Below the pieces are notes generated by a model. The model was not told where the DNA came from. It saw only the letters and a program-made list of their open reading frames with translations, and searched no databases. Below are positions 47,035 through 58,989 of a stretch of DNA of 64,000 nt, piece after piece. The position numbers were made by a program, and so were the translations under genes. Source of the DNA: Arenicellales bacterium (GTDB lineage Bacteria > Pseudomonadota > Gammaproteobacteria > Arenicellales > Poriferihabitantaceae); the NCBI GenBank assembly GCA_963422685.1, contig OY730442.1, positions 2,695,847-2,759,846 of the forward strand. Reading direction: 5' to 3'. Within the stretch, counting starts at the first letter, position 1. Each line of letters starts with the position of its first letter.

Positions 47035-48264
47035 TCAGTCCACGGAAAATTTCGGTATCCACCCCGTCGGCGCCAGGGTTGTGGCGGTATTGAATTCTGC
47101 AACCGTCTCCGGCGTCACAATAATAAACGGAGGCTGGACGTGCTCAATCAAACGGCCGGTATGGTTAAATTCCGGCCGACCACCAGTGGCCATACCTTTA
47201 TTTTCCAGCAGCCTCACGGCCTGATCAATCGCGACCCGCGCCTGGGTGATCATTTGATCGGATGGCGCCATTGCAACGGCACCACGCTTCAGGAATATGT
47301 GCATACCCGGGGTGTAATAATACGCCACCAATTTGATTTGCTTTTCCAGATTGCGCTCCCTGATTGCGCCAACAGCACCTTCAATGGTGGTCGCCGTGCC
47401 AACGATAAAGTCGAGTTCGACATTTTCCCCGGAGGTCATCGTTTGCAAAATATTTTCGACTAATTCCAACTGTATGGCTTTACCGGTATCGCCCCACCTG
47501 GTCTCCAGTATCTCCACATCTGTACCCTCTACTGCTGCGTGGCAGCCCTTGTCGCCGGCAACCGACCAACCAGCGCCGGGCGGCCCGGGAAACCATACAA
47601 CCTTGACCCTGCCGGTTCTGGTTTGAGGCTGATCGACGACCCACTTGCATGAAACGTAGCCCATGCTATAGAAGCTCTGCAACGAATTGGCGTCCACCGC
47701 CGTGTTGATTCCCGTAATAATAACCACTACCGGAACGCCTTTTGCGCGAATCACATCGATTTGTTTGGCATTGCCGTCGCTGGAAATGGGCGCAATAACC
47801 AACGCTTCTGCGCCGTTGGCGATGCAGTCTTCAACCTGGTTTAGCTGCCTTTCCAGATTGGTATAACCGCCTGCCTCGACCAGTGTTATTTTTTGCCCGA
47901 GGCGTTTTCCTTCGGAAATAATGCCATAGGCAACACCGGCAAAGTAGGAGTCTTTCATGTGGGGGAAAGACACGCATATATGGTGTTTTTCTGCTACTTC
48001 GGCCAGCATCAACGGCACATAATCCACCAGGTCCAGCTTCGCTAACTGGTTTCGTGGATCTGTCCAACAGGTCACATCCCCATCCGTGCACGCAGGATTG
48101 TATACATGAATCCTGGTCGGCCACCACTGCGCATCCTGCGCCGATGCGGACAAAGTCAACATCATTCCTGCCAACAATATACCAGCCGGCATCGTTGTCA
48201 GAATCAATGGTAACTTTTTCACACTCTTGCTCTCCCGATATACATTTGATTTTATACTGAACAA
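47035..48264 (-). CDS. Periplasmic binding protein, PBP1 (sugar/TorT-like) family
   Basis: Signal peptide ...KKLPLILTTMPAGILLAGMMLTLSASAQD and a Peripla_BP-like body. The true start may be the GTG at 48222, preceded by GGGAG. Confidence 0.75.
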   Translation of the reverse strand: MFSIKSNVYRESKSVKKLPLILTTMPAGILLAGMMLTLSASAQDAQWWPTRIHVYNPACTDGDVTCWTDPRNQLAKLDLVDYVPLMLAEVAEKHHICVSFPHMKDSYFAGVAYGIISEGKRLGQKITLVEAGGYTNLERQLNQVEDCIANGAEALVIAPISSDGNAKQIDVIRAKGVPVVVIITGINTAVDANSLQSFYSMGYVSCKWVVDQPQTRTGRVKVVWFPGPPGAGWSVAGDKGCHAAVEGTDVEILETRWGDTGKAIQLELVENILQTMTSGENVELDFIVGTATTIEGAVGAIRERNLEKQIKLVAYYYTPGMHIFLKRGAVAMAPSDQMITQARVAIDQAVRLLENKGMATGGRPEFNHTGRLIEHVQPPFIIVTPETVAEFNTATTLAPTGWIPKFSVD

Positions 48265-48427
48265 CTCTCATTGCCGTATAGATTGGTTTGTCGGGTTTGC
48301 GAACGGATACACAGAGTCGGTAAACTATGCGGTGTCCGCCCGAGACATAATAACGGCATACAGGAATCAGTATCAGGCTATTGTCTGCACATAAATTCTT
48401 CTTCAACGCAATGATACTTTTAAAAAC

Positions 48428-49120
48428 ATGACAGGCACGGCTGGCGAAAAGGCAAAGGAACAATCCGGTTTACGAATTGTGATTGCCGATGATCACGCAT
48501 TGGTGCGGGGCGGGTTGGCATTATTGATCGATATGGCCTCCCCTGGCGCGGAAGTTTTGCACGCCAACAGCCTCGGGCAGGTAACCGATATTCTTTCGCA
48601 AAAAGGCGCAATTAACCTTTTGCTGCTGGATCTCATGATGCCGGGCATGGAGGGGGAGGCGGGTTTAAAAACCATTTGCAGCTCCTGGCCGGATGTGCCC
48701 GTGATCATTGTCTCGGTCAAAGAAGACATCCACTCCATTCGACAATGCCTCGCAGCCGGCGCGATGGGCTATCTCCCCAAGACCTCCAGATCCAATATTA
48801 TAGTCAGCGCCATTCGATTGGTACTGGAGGGCGGCATATACATTCCGCCGCATGTTTTGCAACTGGACAAAAGTCAATCAGATCATAATCTGAACCCCCC
48901 GGGGTCGGTGTCGGAAAACGCTTTGACCCGTCGGCAGCTACAGGTGCTTGAGCTTATCGAATCCGGCAAATCCAACAAAGCAATTGCCGGCGAGTTAGGG
49001 TTGTCCACGGGCACTGTGAAAATGCACGTTTCCGGGATTTTCAAAAAACTGAACATAGCAAGTCGTACCGAAGCAGTGGCCGTTTACTCCAGGTTAAAGA
49101 AAAGTATCGGGCAACCGTGA
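48428..49120 (+). CDS. Response regulator, NarL/FixJ (LuxR HTH) family
   Basis: REC domain (RIVIADDH...LLLLDLMMPGM...) plus a C-terminal LuxR HTH (LTRRQLQVLELIESGKSNKAIAGELGLSTGTVKMHVSGIFKKL). Confidence 0.88.
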   Translation: MTGTAGEKAKEQSGLRIVIADDHALVRGGLALLIDMASPGAEVLHANSLGQVTDILSQKGAINLLLLDLMMPGMEGEAGLKTICSSWPDVPVIIVSVKEDIHSIRQCLAAGAMGYLPKTSRSNIIVSAIRLVLEGGIYIPPHVLQLDKSQSDHNLNPPGSVSENALTRRQLQVLELIESGKSNKAIAGELGLSTGTVKMHVSGIFKKLNIASRTEAVAVYSRLKKSIGQP

Positions 49121-49142
49121 ATCTGGTCCTGTCTTGTGATGT

Positions 49143-51209
49143 TTATGACATGCCTGTGGAGTCGGCCTGAGAGCCGGGCCCGGGGGCTGTCATATGAGAA
49201 ATCAGTGCGCGCAGTCTGGCGGGTTGCACTGGTTTACACATCACCTGATAGCCCTGATTAGCGATGTCTCTTATGTGGCTTTCCTGTACATCTCCGGTAA
49301 CAATCACAGTGGGAATCGCATGTCCAATCATCAGTTGAACCCGACTGGCGACCTCAACTCCCTGGGTTCCGCCGGGTAATCGATTATCGGCAACAATGAT
49401 GTCAGGTGGTTTTGTACTTTGCTCTCCAACAATATCAATCACTTCATCCATGTTTCGACCTGTGACCACATGGCAGCCCCAGGATTCCAGGAGCTGCCGG
49501 GTCGCTTTCAAAACCTCCATATCATCTTCTATGAGCAGAACCCGTCTGCCCGATAAGCCATGAATCAGGTTTTCCAGGATGCCGGTTTCCGCCGCCTGAC
49601 CAGGCAGATTTTTACCGCCTGCAACCAATACGGCGAATCGCGACCCACTTCCAACCATAGAATCGCACTCGATTTCATGCGATAAGCACGCGGCCAGGCG
49701 TTTGGCGATGGCCAGCCCTAGCCCCAGACCCTTGCTTCGGTCTCGCTCCTCGTTATGGATTTGATGAAAATCTTCGAAAATGGCCAGGGTCTGGTCATCA
49801 GGGATTCCCCAGCCAGTATCCCAGACTTCAATTGAAATACTGCTGCCTCGCCGACGCACGCCAATCAATATCCGCCCTTGCCGGGTATAGCGTATGGCGT
49901 TTGACATGAAGTTGCCGAGAATTCGTTCCAGTAAAACCGGATCACTGCGTACCGATGCACTCGAAGGTATCAGTCGAAAATCCAGTTTCTTTTGTTTCGC
50001 GGCGGGTGCAAATTCCCGAAAAACCCGGCCCAGCAATTCCATAACGGGGAAGTCTTTATAACTGGGCTCTATCGCCCCGGCTTCGAGTTGCGAGACATCC
50101 AGCAGCGCACTCAGCAGTCGCGCCGTAGAGATGGAAACTGCATCGATGTCATCGACAATCGCCAGCGACTCTTGATCCACGGTTTTCTGGCGCAGCGCTG
50201 TTATGTACATCTGCATGGCATGCAGTGGCTGGCGCAGGTCGTGGCTGGCGGCTGCCAGAAACATGGATTTGGCCCGGTTCGCCTGCTCGGCTTCTTCTTT
50301 CGCGTCACGAAGGTCCTGGCCCTGGCGCCATAAATCGTGCTTTAACCGGTTGAAACTGCGGCCCATGCGCCCCAGTTCGTCCCGCCGCGCCATAAGCCCT
50401 TTTTCAAATTCAGATTCTTCGACCTGGAACATCGCGGTGAAAGCATTGATGGTGTCGGTGAGTAATTGCAAAGGCCTGGAGATGTTTTTTCTGATAATCA
50501 GCAGCAGCATCGCAATAAAAAAAATAACCGCGGCTAACAAGGTTAAAATGATAAAACCAGTCGCAATTCGCTTAACATAGACCGCATGTCTGATTGACTC
50601 TTGCCGTATTATTTCGAGCCGGGCGGTTAAATCTGCGAGTTTGTCCATCAATGTCATTTCGCTGCTTCGAATGTGCTCCAGAATTTCCAGTTCCATTGAA
50701 AATGAACGATCTTCAATTTGTTGCAGCAGATTGCGTACCAGCCGGTCATAAATTTGCGTCGCACGCCGCAGGCTAAAAAGCGCCTGCAATAGATCTTCGC
50801 TGTTCAAGGACAAGATATTTTCGTTCGCATCCTGCTGCACCACTGATTTTCGAATGAACTTTTCCGTGGACTCAATGCTTTTCTGTATTTCCTTCCCGCT
50901 ATCCAGATAACCCGAGCGCACACCGGGATTGATCGTGTCAATATGGTTGCCGTCGGCCGTTTGCGTAGCGCCAATGATAATTTCTTTGGTACTCAGGCGC
51001 TGATTCAATATCTGTGACCGGATATTTTCGATGGACAGGTGCAACGGCAAGGTAACTTCTGCGATCCGATCGACCTGGTCGCCAACATGGCGCAATTGTG
51101 AAATGGCAACAAGCGCCACGAAGCAAAACCCAACCACTTCAATCACAATCAAAGTAAATACTTTCTGATCCAGAGAAAATCGATTGAACGTTTTCTTTAT
51201 GCCCTGCAC
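49143..51209 (-). CDS. Hybrid sensor histidine kinase (TM-sensor-TM, HisKA, HATPase_c, REC)
   Basis: H-box FLAAASHDLRQPL, the N and G boxes (...GNFMSNAIRYT..., ...DTGWGIP..., ...GLGLGLAI...), and a C-terminal receiver (VLLIEDD...IIVADNRLPG). Confidence 0.88.
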   Translation of the reverse strand: MQGIKKTFNRFSLDQKVFTLIVIEVVGFCFVALVAISQLRHVGDQVDRIAEVTLPLHLSIENIRSQILNQRLSTKEIIIGATQTADGNHIDTINPGVRSGYLDSGKEIQKSIESTEKFIRKSVVQQDANENILSLNSEDLLQALFSLRRATQIYDRLVRNLLQQIEDRSFSMELEILEHIRSSEMTLMDKLADLTARLEIIRQESIRHAVYVKRIATGFIILTLLAAVIFFIAMLLLIIRKNISRPLQLLTDTINAFTAMFQVEESEFEKGLMARRDELGRMGRSFNRLKHDLWRQGQDLRDAKEEAEQANRAKSMFLAAASHDLRQPLHAMQMYITALRQKTVDQESLAIVDDIDAVSISTARLLSALLDVSQLEAGAIEPSYKDFPVMELLGRVFREFAPAAKQKKLDFRLIPSSASVRSDPVLLERILGNFMSNAIRYTRQGRILIGVRRRGSSISIEVWDTGWGIPDDQTLAIFEDFHQIHNEERDRSKGLGLGLAIAKRLAACLSHEIECDSMVGSGSRFAVLVAGGKNLPGQAAETGILENLIHGLSGRRVLLIEDDMEVLKATRQLLESWGCHVVTGRNMDEVIDIVGEQSTKPPDIIVADNRLPGGTQGVEVASRVQLMIGHAIPTVIVTGDVQESHIRDIANQGYQVMCKPVQPARLRALISHMTAPGPGSQADSTGMS

Positions 51210-51221
51210 CGTGTTTTTGCT

Positions 51222-54101
51222 TTATTCGGTTTTATCCTGTGTGGCATGATTTCTGCGATTGGCAGAGGCCGCTGGTAACAAAGCCCGCAAATATGCCCCG
51301 GTATAGGATTGCCTGACCCTGGCGACTTGTTCCGGTGTTCCGCTGGCGACGATTTCACCGCCGCCATCGCCGCCTTCCGGGCCCATATCCAGTATCCAGT
51401 CGGCGGTTTTAATCACATCCAGATTGTGCTCAATGACCAGAACCGTGTTGCCGTGATCGCGCAGACGGTGGAGTACGGTCAGCAATTGCCGGATGTCATA
51501 AAAATGGAGGCCGGTGGTGGGCTCATCCAGCACATACAGCGTTCGGCCGGTATCACGTTTTGACAGCTCTCTGGAGAGTTTTACCCGTTGGGCCTCGCCT
51601 CCGGACAGTGTGGTGGCGCTTTGTCCGAGCGTGATATATCCGAGCCCGACATCAAGCAGGGTGTCCAGTTTGCGCTTTATGACCGGTATGGCTGAAAAGA
51701 ATTCTGCGGACTCTTCCACCGTCATTTGCAATACTTCGCTGATATTTCTTCCCTTGTATCGAATATCCAGCGTTTCCCGGTTATACCGTTCGCCTTTGCA
51801 GACATCGCAGGGAACATAAATATCCGGTAAAAAGTGCATCTCCACCCGAATCAGTCCATCCCCATGGCAGGCTTCGCAGCGCCCTCCCTTTACGTTAAAA
51901 GAGAATCGCCCGGGTTTATATCCTCTGGCCCTGGATTCCTGGGTGTTGGAAAACATATCGCGAATGTGGGTGAATAATCCGGTGTAGGTTGCCGGGTTTG
52001 ATCTGGGTGTGCGGCCGATCGGGCTTTGATTGATCGAAATAATTTTGTCGAAGTGGTCAAGTCCGAAAATGGACGTATAGGGCTGTGGTTTTGCCCGTAC
52101 CAGATTTAACTGACCAGCGACGGCTGGATACAATGTTCCGTTGACCAGGGTGGATTTGCCAGACCCGGAAACCCCGGTTATACACGTGAGCAGGCCGACC
52201 GGAATTTTTGCATGGAGATTTTTCAGATTGTTGCCGGTGGCGTTTATTACTTCCAGAATGCGCTCCGGGTGTGGTGCAGTGCGGGTGGCGGGAACCGGAA
52301 TTTTTTCTTTTCCGCTCAGGAATGAACCGGTTATGGAGTCGGCATTGTTGATCACGGCGCCCGGCCCGCCCTGCGCCACAATCGAACCGCCGTGCTTGCC
52401 GGCGCCCGGGCCGATATCCACCACGTAATCGGCGCTGCGAATGGCCTCTTCATCGTGTTCCACCACGATAACAGTGTTACCCAGATCGCGCAGATGAAAC
52501 AAGGTTTTCAGGAGCCGGGCATTATCCCGTTGATGCAGTCCGATGGATGGTTCGTCCAGCACATACATAACGCCGACCAGACCAGAGCCGATTTGCGATG
52601 CCAGCCGTATGCGTTGGGCTTCTCCGCCAGACAATGTTTCCGCCGCGCGGGATAACGATAAATAATTCAATCCGACGTTGATCAAAAATCCGAGGCGGCC
52701 CTTGATTTCCAGGGCGATTTTTTGTGCGATTTCGGCCCGCCGACCGGTTAAATCGAGTTTTTCAAAAAAATCCAGGGTTTTGCCTACGGGCAGTTTTGTT
52801 AATCCGTGTATGGTTTGACCCTGGATAAATACATGCCGCGCGGCGCTTCGCAATCGGCTGCCGTTGCAGCTTCCACATACTTTTGTACTCATATATCGTG
52901 ATAAATCTTCCCGCGCGGCGGAAGATTCTGTCTCATGGTATCGTCGATTGTAATTGTTGATCACGCCTTCAAAGGCGTGTTTCTTTTCAAATTTACGCCC
53001 GGGACGGGTGTATACAAAATTGATTTGCTCGGCTCCACTACCGTAAAAAATAATCCGTTTGTGCTCGGCGCACAGCGATTGGAACGGCGCATCGATATCA
53101 AATCCATAATGCCGGGCCAGGCAGCAGAGCTGGGTGTAGTAATACGCGCCGCGGCGATCCCAACCGGGTATTGCGCCGGCGGATAACGACAGTCCGGCGT
53201 CGGTCAGAATGCGCTCCGGGTCAAAGAATTGTCGTATCCCGAGTCCGTCGCAATCCTCGCACGCCCCGACCGGGTTATTAAAAGAAAACAATCTGGGTTC
53301 CAGTTCATCCAGGCTGTAACCACAGTACGGGCAGGCAAATTTACTGGAAAACAGCAGGGTATGTTGAACCTTGTTGTCGGCGTCCAGCAGGGTTACTTTT
53401 GCGGTGCCATCGGTCATACTTAATGCAGTTTCAAAAGATTCTGACATACGCTGTTGATTTTCTTGTCGAACTGCCAGGCGATCAACAATGACGGCTATGT
53501 CGTGCTTATAGCGTTTATCCAGCCTGGGCGGATTGTCCAGTTCGCAGGTCCTGCCATTGATTATGGCCCGTATATAGCCCTGGGAATGCAGTTCCCCGAG
53601 CAACTGGTGAAATTCGCCCTTGCGGTTTTTAACCACCGGCGCGAGCAGCATCAGACGGGTTCCTTCGGGCTGCTCCATAATCTGATCAACCATCTGGCTG
53701 ATGGTTTGTGCTTGCAGCGTAACATCATGATCCGGGCATTTTGGATCGCCTATGCGTGCGAATAACAACCGCAGGTAATCGTATATTTCCGTTACCGTAC
53801 CCACCGTAGACCGCGGATTATGCGAGGAAGACTTTTGCTCGATACTGATGGCCGGCGACAGTCCTTCGATCATATCCACATCCGGTTTTTCCATCATCGA
53901 CAGAAACTGTCGGGCATAGGTGGACAGCGATTCCACATATCTTCTTTGCCCTTCGGCGTAAATGGTATCGAATGCCAAAGAAGATTTTCCAGAGCCGGAT
54001 AATCCGGTGATGACGATGAGTTTATCTCGGGGGAGGTCTAAATCCACGGACTTTAAATTGTGGGTTCTGGCCCCGCGAATTTGAATTTTATCGATAGTCA
54101 C
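51222..54101 (-). CDS. uvrA: Excinuclease ABC subunit A
   Basis: 959 aa: [48 protein letters not shown]..., two ABC modules and zinc-finger cysteines. Confidence 0.97.
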   Translation of the reverse strand: MTIDKIQIRGARTHNLKSVDLDLPRDKLIVITGLSGSGKSSLAFDTIYAEGQRRYVESLSTYARQFLSMMEKPDVDMIEGLSPAISIEQKSSSHNPRSTVGTVTEIYDYLRLLFARIGDPKCPDHDVTLQAQTISQMVDQIMEQPEGTRLMLLAPVVKNRKGEFHQLLGELHSQGYIRAIINGRTCELDNPPRLDKRYKHDIAVIVDRLAVRQENQQRMSESFETALSMTDGTAKVTLLDADNKVQHTLLFSSKFACPYCGYSLDELEPRLFSFNNPVGACEDCDGLGIRQFFDPERILTDAGLSLSAGAIPGWDRRGAYYYTQLCCLARHYGFDIDAPFQSLCAEHKRIIFYGSGAEQINFVYTRPGRKFEKKHAFEGVINNYNRRYHETESSAAREDLSRYMSTKVCGSCNGSRLRSAARHVFIQGQTIHGLTKLPVGKTLDFFEKLDLTGRRAEIAQKIALEIKGRLGFLINVGLNYLSLSRAAETLSGGEAQRIRLASQIGSGLVGVMYVLDEPSIGLHQRDNARLLKTLFHLRDLGNTVIVVEHDEEAIRSADYVVDIGPGAGKHGGSIVAQGGPGAVINNADSITGSFLSGKEKIPVPATRTAPHPERILEVINATGNNLKNLHAKIPVGLLTCITGVSGSGKSTLVNGTLYPAVAGQLNLVRAKPQPYTSIFGLDHFDKIISINQSPIGRTPRSNPATYTGLFTHIRDMFSNTQESRARGYKPGRFSFNVKGGRCEACHGDGLIRVEMHFLPDIYVPCDVCKGERYNRETLDIRYKGRNISEVLQMTVEESAEFFSAIPVIKRKLDTLLDVGLGYITLGQSATTLSGGEAQRVKLSRELSKRDTGRTLYVLDEPTTGLHFYDIRQLLTVLHRLRDHGNTVLVIEHNLDVIKTADWILDMGPEGGDGGGEIVASGTPEQVARVRQSYTGAYLRALLPAASANRRNHATQDKTE

Positions 54102-54219
54102 AGCAATCCGGTTTCAAAAAGCAAACCTGATACTATACGCGCCCATTGACTGTACAGAAATAATTAATTGCCGGTACGTCTGATGTATTGGAGCCAGGCT
54201 GCACGCACAGTTTAAAAAC

Positions 54220-55482
54220 ATGGATATGAAGCAAAGTACCCTGAACAGCCCCATGCTGCCCGCCGAGAGAAGGGCGGTATTTTCCCTGGCCGGCATTTTT
54301 TCCCTGCGTATGTTCGGTTTGTTCATGCTGCTGCCGGTGCTGGCAATCCATGCTGATGAGTTGCCGGACTCCACGCCATTACTGCTTGGACTGGCACTGG
54401 GTATCTATGGATTGACCCAGGCGCTGTTTCAAATACCGCTGGGGTTGTTATCGGACCGCATTGACCGCAAGCGCGTCATCGCTGGCGGATTAGTGGTATT
54501 TGCCCTGGGCAGCGTGATAGCGGCGTTGTCCGATTCCATTCATGGTTTGATTATCGGCCGGGCGGTGCAGGGAGTGGGTGCCGTTTCAGCGGCGGCTCTG
54601 GCGCTGAATGCGGATTTGACCCGGAATGAGCAGCGCACCAAGGCCATGGCCATCATCGGGATCAGCATCGGCTTTACTTTTTTGATGTCTTTAATCCTGG
54701 CGCCCGTGTTGCAAAGTCATATCCGGGTGAGTGGTTTGTTCTGGGTTGTCGCGGTGCTGGCGCTGGTGGCGATTGTGGTGCTGTATACCGTGGTTCCAGA
54801 CGCCAGGCCGGGCATGGATGATGATGAATCTGCCATCCGGCAGCGCTTGACCACCGCAGTAACAACCCCACAGCTAATGCAGCTTAATCTTGGCATCATG
54901 GTTTTGCATCTGGTTCTGACGGCCTTTTTTTTAGTCCTGCCAACGGTTCTGGTGACTAAAAGCGGGCTGGCGCTGCCCCAGCACTGGAAGTTGTATACGC
55001 CAATATTGTTGCTATCCGTGGTCGGAATGGCGCCGTTTGTTATGGCCGGAGCAAAACAGCAGAGCATAACCGGCGCTTATCGAACAGCCATTTTTTTACT
55101 CTTCATTTCATTCGCTGCACTGGTCATCCGTCCGTGGGGCCGGTGGATTGGAATTGATTCTGACTGGCCAGGGATGATGCTGTCGCTGGTTTTATTTTTT
55201 AGCGCCTTTAATGCGCTGGAATCCATTCTTCCGTCTTTGGTATCACAAATTGCGCCGGCTGCCTGCAAGGGTACGGCGATGGGGGTGTACAACACCTTTC
55301 AGTTCAGCGGGATATTTTTCGGCGGGTTGCTGGGCGGATTCATAGCGGGTGGTTATGGCAGTGCCGGGGTTTTTGTATTTTGTGGTGCGGCTGCGCTGGC
55401 CTGGTTAATCATGAGTTGTATTGCCGATAAATTTAAACTACCGGACTCCAGGGTTATCGAACAGGGCTGCAGCCCGGATTAA
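54220..55482 (+). CDS. MFS transporter
   Basis: 420 aa, 12 hydrophobic segments, and the MFS loop motif GLLSDRIDRKRV. Confidence 0.85.
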   Translation: MDMKQSTLNSPMLPAERRAVFSLAGIFSLRMFGLFMLLPVLAIHADELPDSTPLLLGLALGIYGLTQALFQIPLGLLSDRIDRKRVIAGGLVVFALGSVIAALSDSIHGLIIGRAVQGVGAVSAAALALNADLTRNEQRTKAMAIIGISIGFTFLMSLILAPVLQSHIRVSGLFWVVAVLALVAIVVLYTVVPDARPGMDDDESAIRQRLTTAVTTPQLMQLNLGIMVLHLVLTAFFLVLPTVLVTKSGLALPQHWKLYTPILLLSVVGMAPFVMAGAKQQSITGAYRTAIFLLFISFAALVIRPWGRWIGIDSDWPGMMLSLVLFFSAFNALESILPSLVSQIAPAACKGTAMGVYNTFQFSGIFFGGLLGGFIAGGYGSAGVFVFCGAAALAWLIMSCIADKFKLPDSRVIEQGCSPD

Positions 55483-55627
55483 ACTGGCTTGCCTGTCTGA
55501 TTGGCCGGTTGATAGAATGGAGCCGTTCAAGGGAATTGAGGAAGTGGGTATTTCCCACGGCAAAATGATGCTTTTCCCGAATAACGTCTAATTTTTTAAA
55601 CATACTCAGTCCTTAAGGAGATCAACA

Positions 55628-56107
55628 ATGTCAAGAGGTATTAACAAAGTTATACTAATTGGAAATCTCGGCCGCGACCCGGAAATCCGTTATACCGCCG
55701 CTGGCGCGGCCGTGGCGAATGTGACCATAGCCACCAGCGAATCCTGGAAAGACAAAACCACCGGCGAGCCACAGGAGCGAACCGAGTGGCATCGGGTGGT
55801 GTTCTTCCGCCGCTTGGCAGAAGTTGTCGGTGAGTATCTGAAAAAAGGCTCGCAAGTTTACGTCGAAGGCCGCCTGCAAACCCGCAAATGGCAGGACCAA
55901 AGCGGGGCAGACCGATACAGTACCGAAATTGTTGCCGACCAAATGCAAATGCTTGGCAGCCGGGGCGGCGGGAACGTGACTTCTAGCGATACCGGTTTTG
56001 CCTCGTCCGCACCGGCTGACAATCCATCTGACGCGGCGAACAGGGCCGCGCCCGCAGGCAAACCCGCTAGTGTCGCCGATGATTTTGACGACGATATCCC
56101 GTTTTGA
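55628..56107 (+). CDS. ssb: Single-stranded DNA-binding protein
   Basis: [23 protein letters not shown]...TEWHRVVFF..., a Gly/Pro-rich tail and the C-terminal DDDIPF. Confidence 0.97.
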   Translation: MSRGINKVILIGNLGRDPEIRYTAAGAAVANVTIATSESWKDKTTGEPQERTEWHRVVFFRRLAEVVGEYLKKGSQVYVEGRLQTRKWQDQSGADRYSTEIVADQMQMLGSRGGGNVTSSDTGFASSAPADNPSDAANRAAPAGKPASVADDFDDDIPF

Positions 56108-56265
56108 TTGATCAGGACACCGTCCTGGCGGGAGTGAACGGCAGGTGAAAACATCAACTGTTGAGTTTTTTATAATTTCTGATTCGAGTTTATTTAGGCC
56201 GTGTGTTGTCATTGCCTTGATCAGGCTTATTCCGATACTGGTTTCCGACAGGCCGCAAATAGTCA

Positions 56266-56904
56266 ATGATTGATTTTAAACAACTCAGGCAACAATATTC
56301 TGACGCCGGAATCAGCAAGGATTCTGTTAGTAAAAACCCCTTTGACCAGTTCAGGCTGTGGTTTGATCAAGCGTTGGACTGCGGCATTGCAGAGCCGAAT
56401 GGGTTTAGCCTGTGCACGGTCTCCAATGACGCGAAGCCCAGCCAGAGAACAGTGCTGATGAAGTCCTATGATAAACACGGTTTTATTTTTTACACGAACT
56501 ACAACAGCCGAAAAGGCCGGCAATTAGCGGAAAATAACGCGGTATCCATGCTGTTTCCCTGGTATGAGCTACATCGCCAGATAAACATTGAAGGCACCGC
56601 TGTTCGAGTTGGCGCAAAACAATCAGCCGCGTATTTTCACTCCAGGCCCCGCGGCAGCCAGGTCGGCGCCTGGGCTTCGCGTCAAAGTGCGGTAATCGCG
56701 TCACGGCAGGCGCTGGTGAGGCAAAAGCAGGAAATAGAACATCGGTTCGGCGATGGTGAACTGCCTTGGCCTGATTTTTGGGGAGGCTATCGGGTGGAGC
56801 CTAGTCGATTCGAGTTTTGGCAGGGTCGAACTCACCGGCTGCATGACAGAATTATTTACAATCGATTAGATGACGACTGGGAAATCCAGCGTCTTTCGCC
56901 CTGA
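56266..56904 (+). CDS. pdxH: Pyridoxamine 5'-phosphate oxidase
   Basis: 212 aa: ...RTVLMKSYDKHGFIFYTNYNSRKG..., ...FEFWQGRTHRLHDRIIY... and the C-terminal ...RLSP. Confidence 0.93.
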   Translation: MIDFKQLRQQYSDAGISKDSVSKNPFDQFRLWFDQALDCGIAEPNGFSLCTVSNDAKPSQRTVLMKSYDKHGFIFYTNYNSRKGRQLAENNAVSMLFPWYELHRQINIEGTAVRVGAKQSAAYFHSRPRGSQVGAWASRQSAVIASRQALVRQKQEIEHRFGDGELPWPDFWGGYRVEPSRFEFWQGRTHRLHDRIIYNRLDDDWEIQRLSP

Positions 56905-57543
56905 CAGCGGAAAAAGAAATGGCTGAAAAAGTGCAGGAATTGCGCGTTTTCGCCGGCAGTGTTTTAGTCTGTAACTGTGGGATTGTGCGCTGTTGCAATG
57001 TTTCGACTGTAATTTCAAGGCTTTCCTGTGAAACCAGATCATCCCGGAGGCGTTGTTTTCTGGTTTGACCTCGACGTTATTCAAAATCCGTTCAGACCAT
57101 TCCGGTTTGTTGCTTGCCAACTCTTGTCGGCCTTATCCAGTAATGTTTCTGTCTGTTTCCCCAGCCCGGCTATCGTTCTGATATTTGTTATACTTATATA
57201 AAGTAACATATTATATAAATACTATATCCAATTGTAATTATTATAATTATTTTTCTTGTTCAATATTATCTCCAACCAGGACCGCGAGCATCTGAAAATT
57301 CAAAACAACTACGTTTTCTTATCCAAAGTGGGCAAAGGAAATGTGGAATAGTCATAGTGCAAGCAAACGGCCGGCTCGGAAGCTCCTGTTTGGTTGGTAA
57401 ATTATCTCTGTATGCCAATGACCGGAAAATCGATTAACGGGCGATTAATATTGCCGGTAACCGCAACTTGTTATCTATAAAGTCTTGTTATACCCTTCGC
57501 CGCGTTTGGGGGTCAGTGAGTGAGACAGCCGCAAAATTTCTGT

Positions 57544-57634
57544 GGAGAGGTGTCTGAGTGGTTGAAAGAGCACGCCTGGAAAGTGTGTATACGTGAATAG
57601 CGTATCGAGGGTTCGAATCCCTCCCTCTCCGCCA
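57544..57634 (+). tRNA. tRNA-Ser (anticodon GGA)
   Basis: Acceptor stem GGAGAGG/CCTCTCC, anticodon loop CTGGAAA, a long variable arm TATACG...CGTAT, T-arm GAGGG-TTCGAAT-CCCTC, discriminator G, and encoded CCA. Confidence 0.95.
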
Positions 57635-58230
57635 TGCAACCCGCATTCAATATTGCTGGAAAGTGGATTGATAAAAAACTCGCTCCCCTGCGCATTCCCC
57701 TCATTTTCAGTTAGAGCAAACGGAAATGCTCTGACACGGCGGGGACAGTTCCGCGCCTGCCGCCCGACATTTGCTTTCACTGACTCTCTCCATGATCGAA
57801 ATTCTCCGCGACTGATCTTGGGAAGCATACCCATCAAGCGCTGTTGCTGCGCTTATTTAATACATTTAAAACAATATATTATAGAATAGTTTTAATTTTT
57901 TAGATTACCATACTCATCGCCGCAAAATGTCACTGAAAAACTCTGGTTCAGATTGCCTTCATGATTCAATTTAATGGCTGGTTTCATGCGCTCATCTTTG
58001 TCTGGCATCGCATGAACCGCCTTACCCCGTCTGAAGATGAAAGATTAAGGATACGACCAGAAAAAGAACATATCAATTACATTGGGATAAAGTTCAAGAA
58101 GAAAGATAAAAACTTTATTCTGATTTACTTGCAGCGAGATTAATAAAAAATCCCGCATACTGGAGGTTTACCTGGCACTGATGAAGGCTGTACAAATCCG
58201 CCTTTTGGTGTGGATGGACTGGATGTCTGA

Positions 58231-58989
58231 CTATACAGCGCAGCCTAATATCAAAACCGCCATGCCGTCCAGCCGCGCCTTGGTCTTTTCCCAGCCGGGC
58301 ATTACCTGCTGCATCAGCCGGTAAAATCGCTTGCTGTGGTTGTGTTCGGCGATATGGCAAAGCTCGTGCAGAATCACGTAGTCGATACATTCGCGCGGCG
58401 CTTTCACCAGATGCGGGTTCAGCGTCAGCCGGCCATTGGGTGAGCAGCTTCCCCATCGGGTCTGCATGGTGAGGATGTGCAGCGGTGGTTTGTCGTCAAC
58501 CCACAGGGCCTGTTCCAGCATGGCGTCCAGGCGCCCGGTAAACATGTCTTTGGCACGGGTTTTGTACCAGTCGGTGAGCAGTTGTTGGACCCTGCCCGCC
58601 GATTTGTGGCGAACCCTTACCTCCAGCCGGCCGCGCAGCAGCTTGACGCCCTGAACCTCATCCGGCGCTTCGATCACCTTTAGCAGATATTGCTTCCCAA
58701 GGTAGTAGTGGCTTTCACCGCTGATATACTTGCGGGGTGTAATGTGCTCCAGTTGCTTGCGGAAGTCTCGCAGTTGCGCATAGATCCAGCGACCACGCTT
58801 TTTTACGGCGCTCAGTACCGCATCGTCGTTTACCTGTTCCGGGGCGGATACTGTAATCCGGCAGTCGGGATGCACCTTGATCAATACCCGATTCGTTCCC
58901 TGAATACGGGGCCAGCACTCAAAGGCGATGCGCTCATCGCCATAGGTAAAACTCATCATCCGTGCTGCCGGCTTAATGGGCGCATTCAT
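58231..58989 (-). CDS. DUF45 / YgjP-like zinc metallopeptidase (M48 family)
   Basis: HELCHIAEHNHSKRFY (HExxH). The start ATG at 58989 overlaps the hsdR stop in an ATGA. The ORF-track start at 59076 would lie inside hsdR. Confidence 0.8.
   Translation of the reverse strand: MNAPIKPAARMMSFTYGDERIAFECWPRIQGTNRVLIKVHPDCRITVSAPEQVNDDAVLSAVKKRGRWIYAQLRDFRKQLEHITPRKYISGESHYYLGKQYLLKVIEAPDEVQGVKLLRGRLEVRVRHKSAGRVQQLLTDWYKTRAKDMFTGRLDAMLEQALWVDDKPPLHILTMQTRWGSCSPNGRLTLNPHLVKAPRECIDYVILHELCHIAEHNHSKRFYRLMQQVMPGWEKTKARLDGMAVLILGCAV

Noticed and set aside
48330-48427. CTATTGTC upstream of the response-regulator gene, which resembles the CTATTGAC core of the shared box
   Set aside because: It is a single 8-mer with one mismatch. 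It lacks the palindrome and has no properly spaced -10, so it is probably chance.
47831-48463. 210-aa minus-strand ORF overlapping the 5' end of the binding-protein gene
   Set aside because: It is in a different frame from the homologous binding-protein ORF and runs across the divergent promoter region. No motifs are present.
55655-56266. 203-aa minus-strand ORF
   Set aside because: It is antisense to ssb, which is unambiguous (OB fold and DDDIPF tail).
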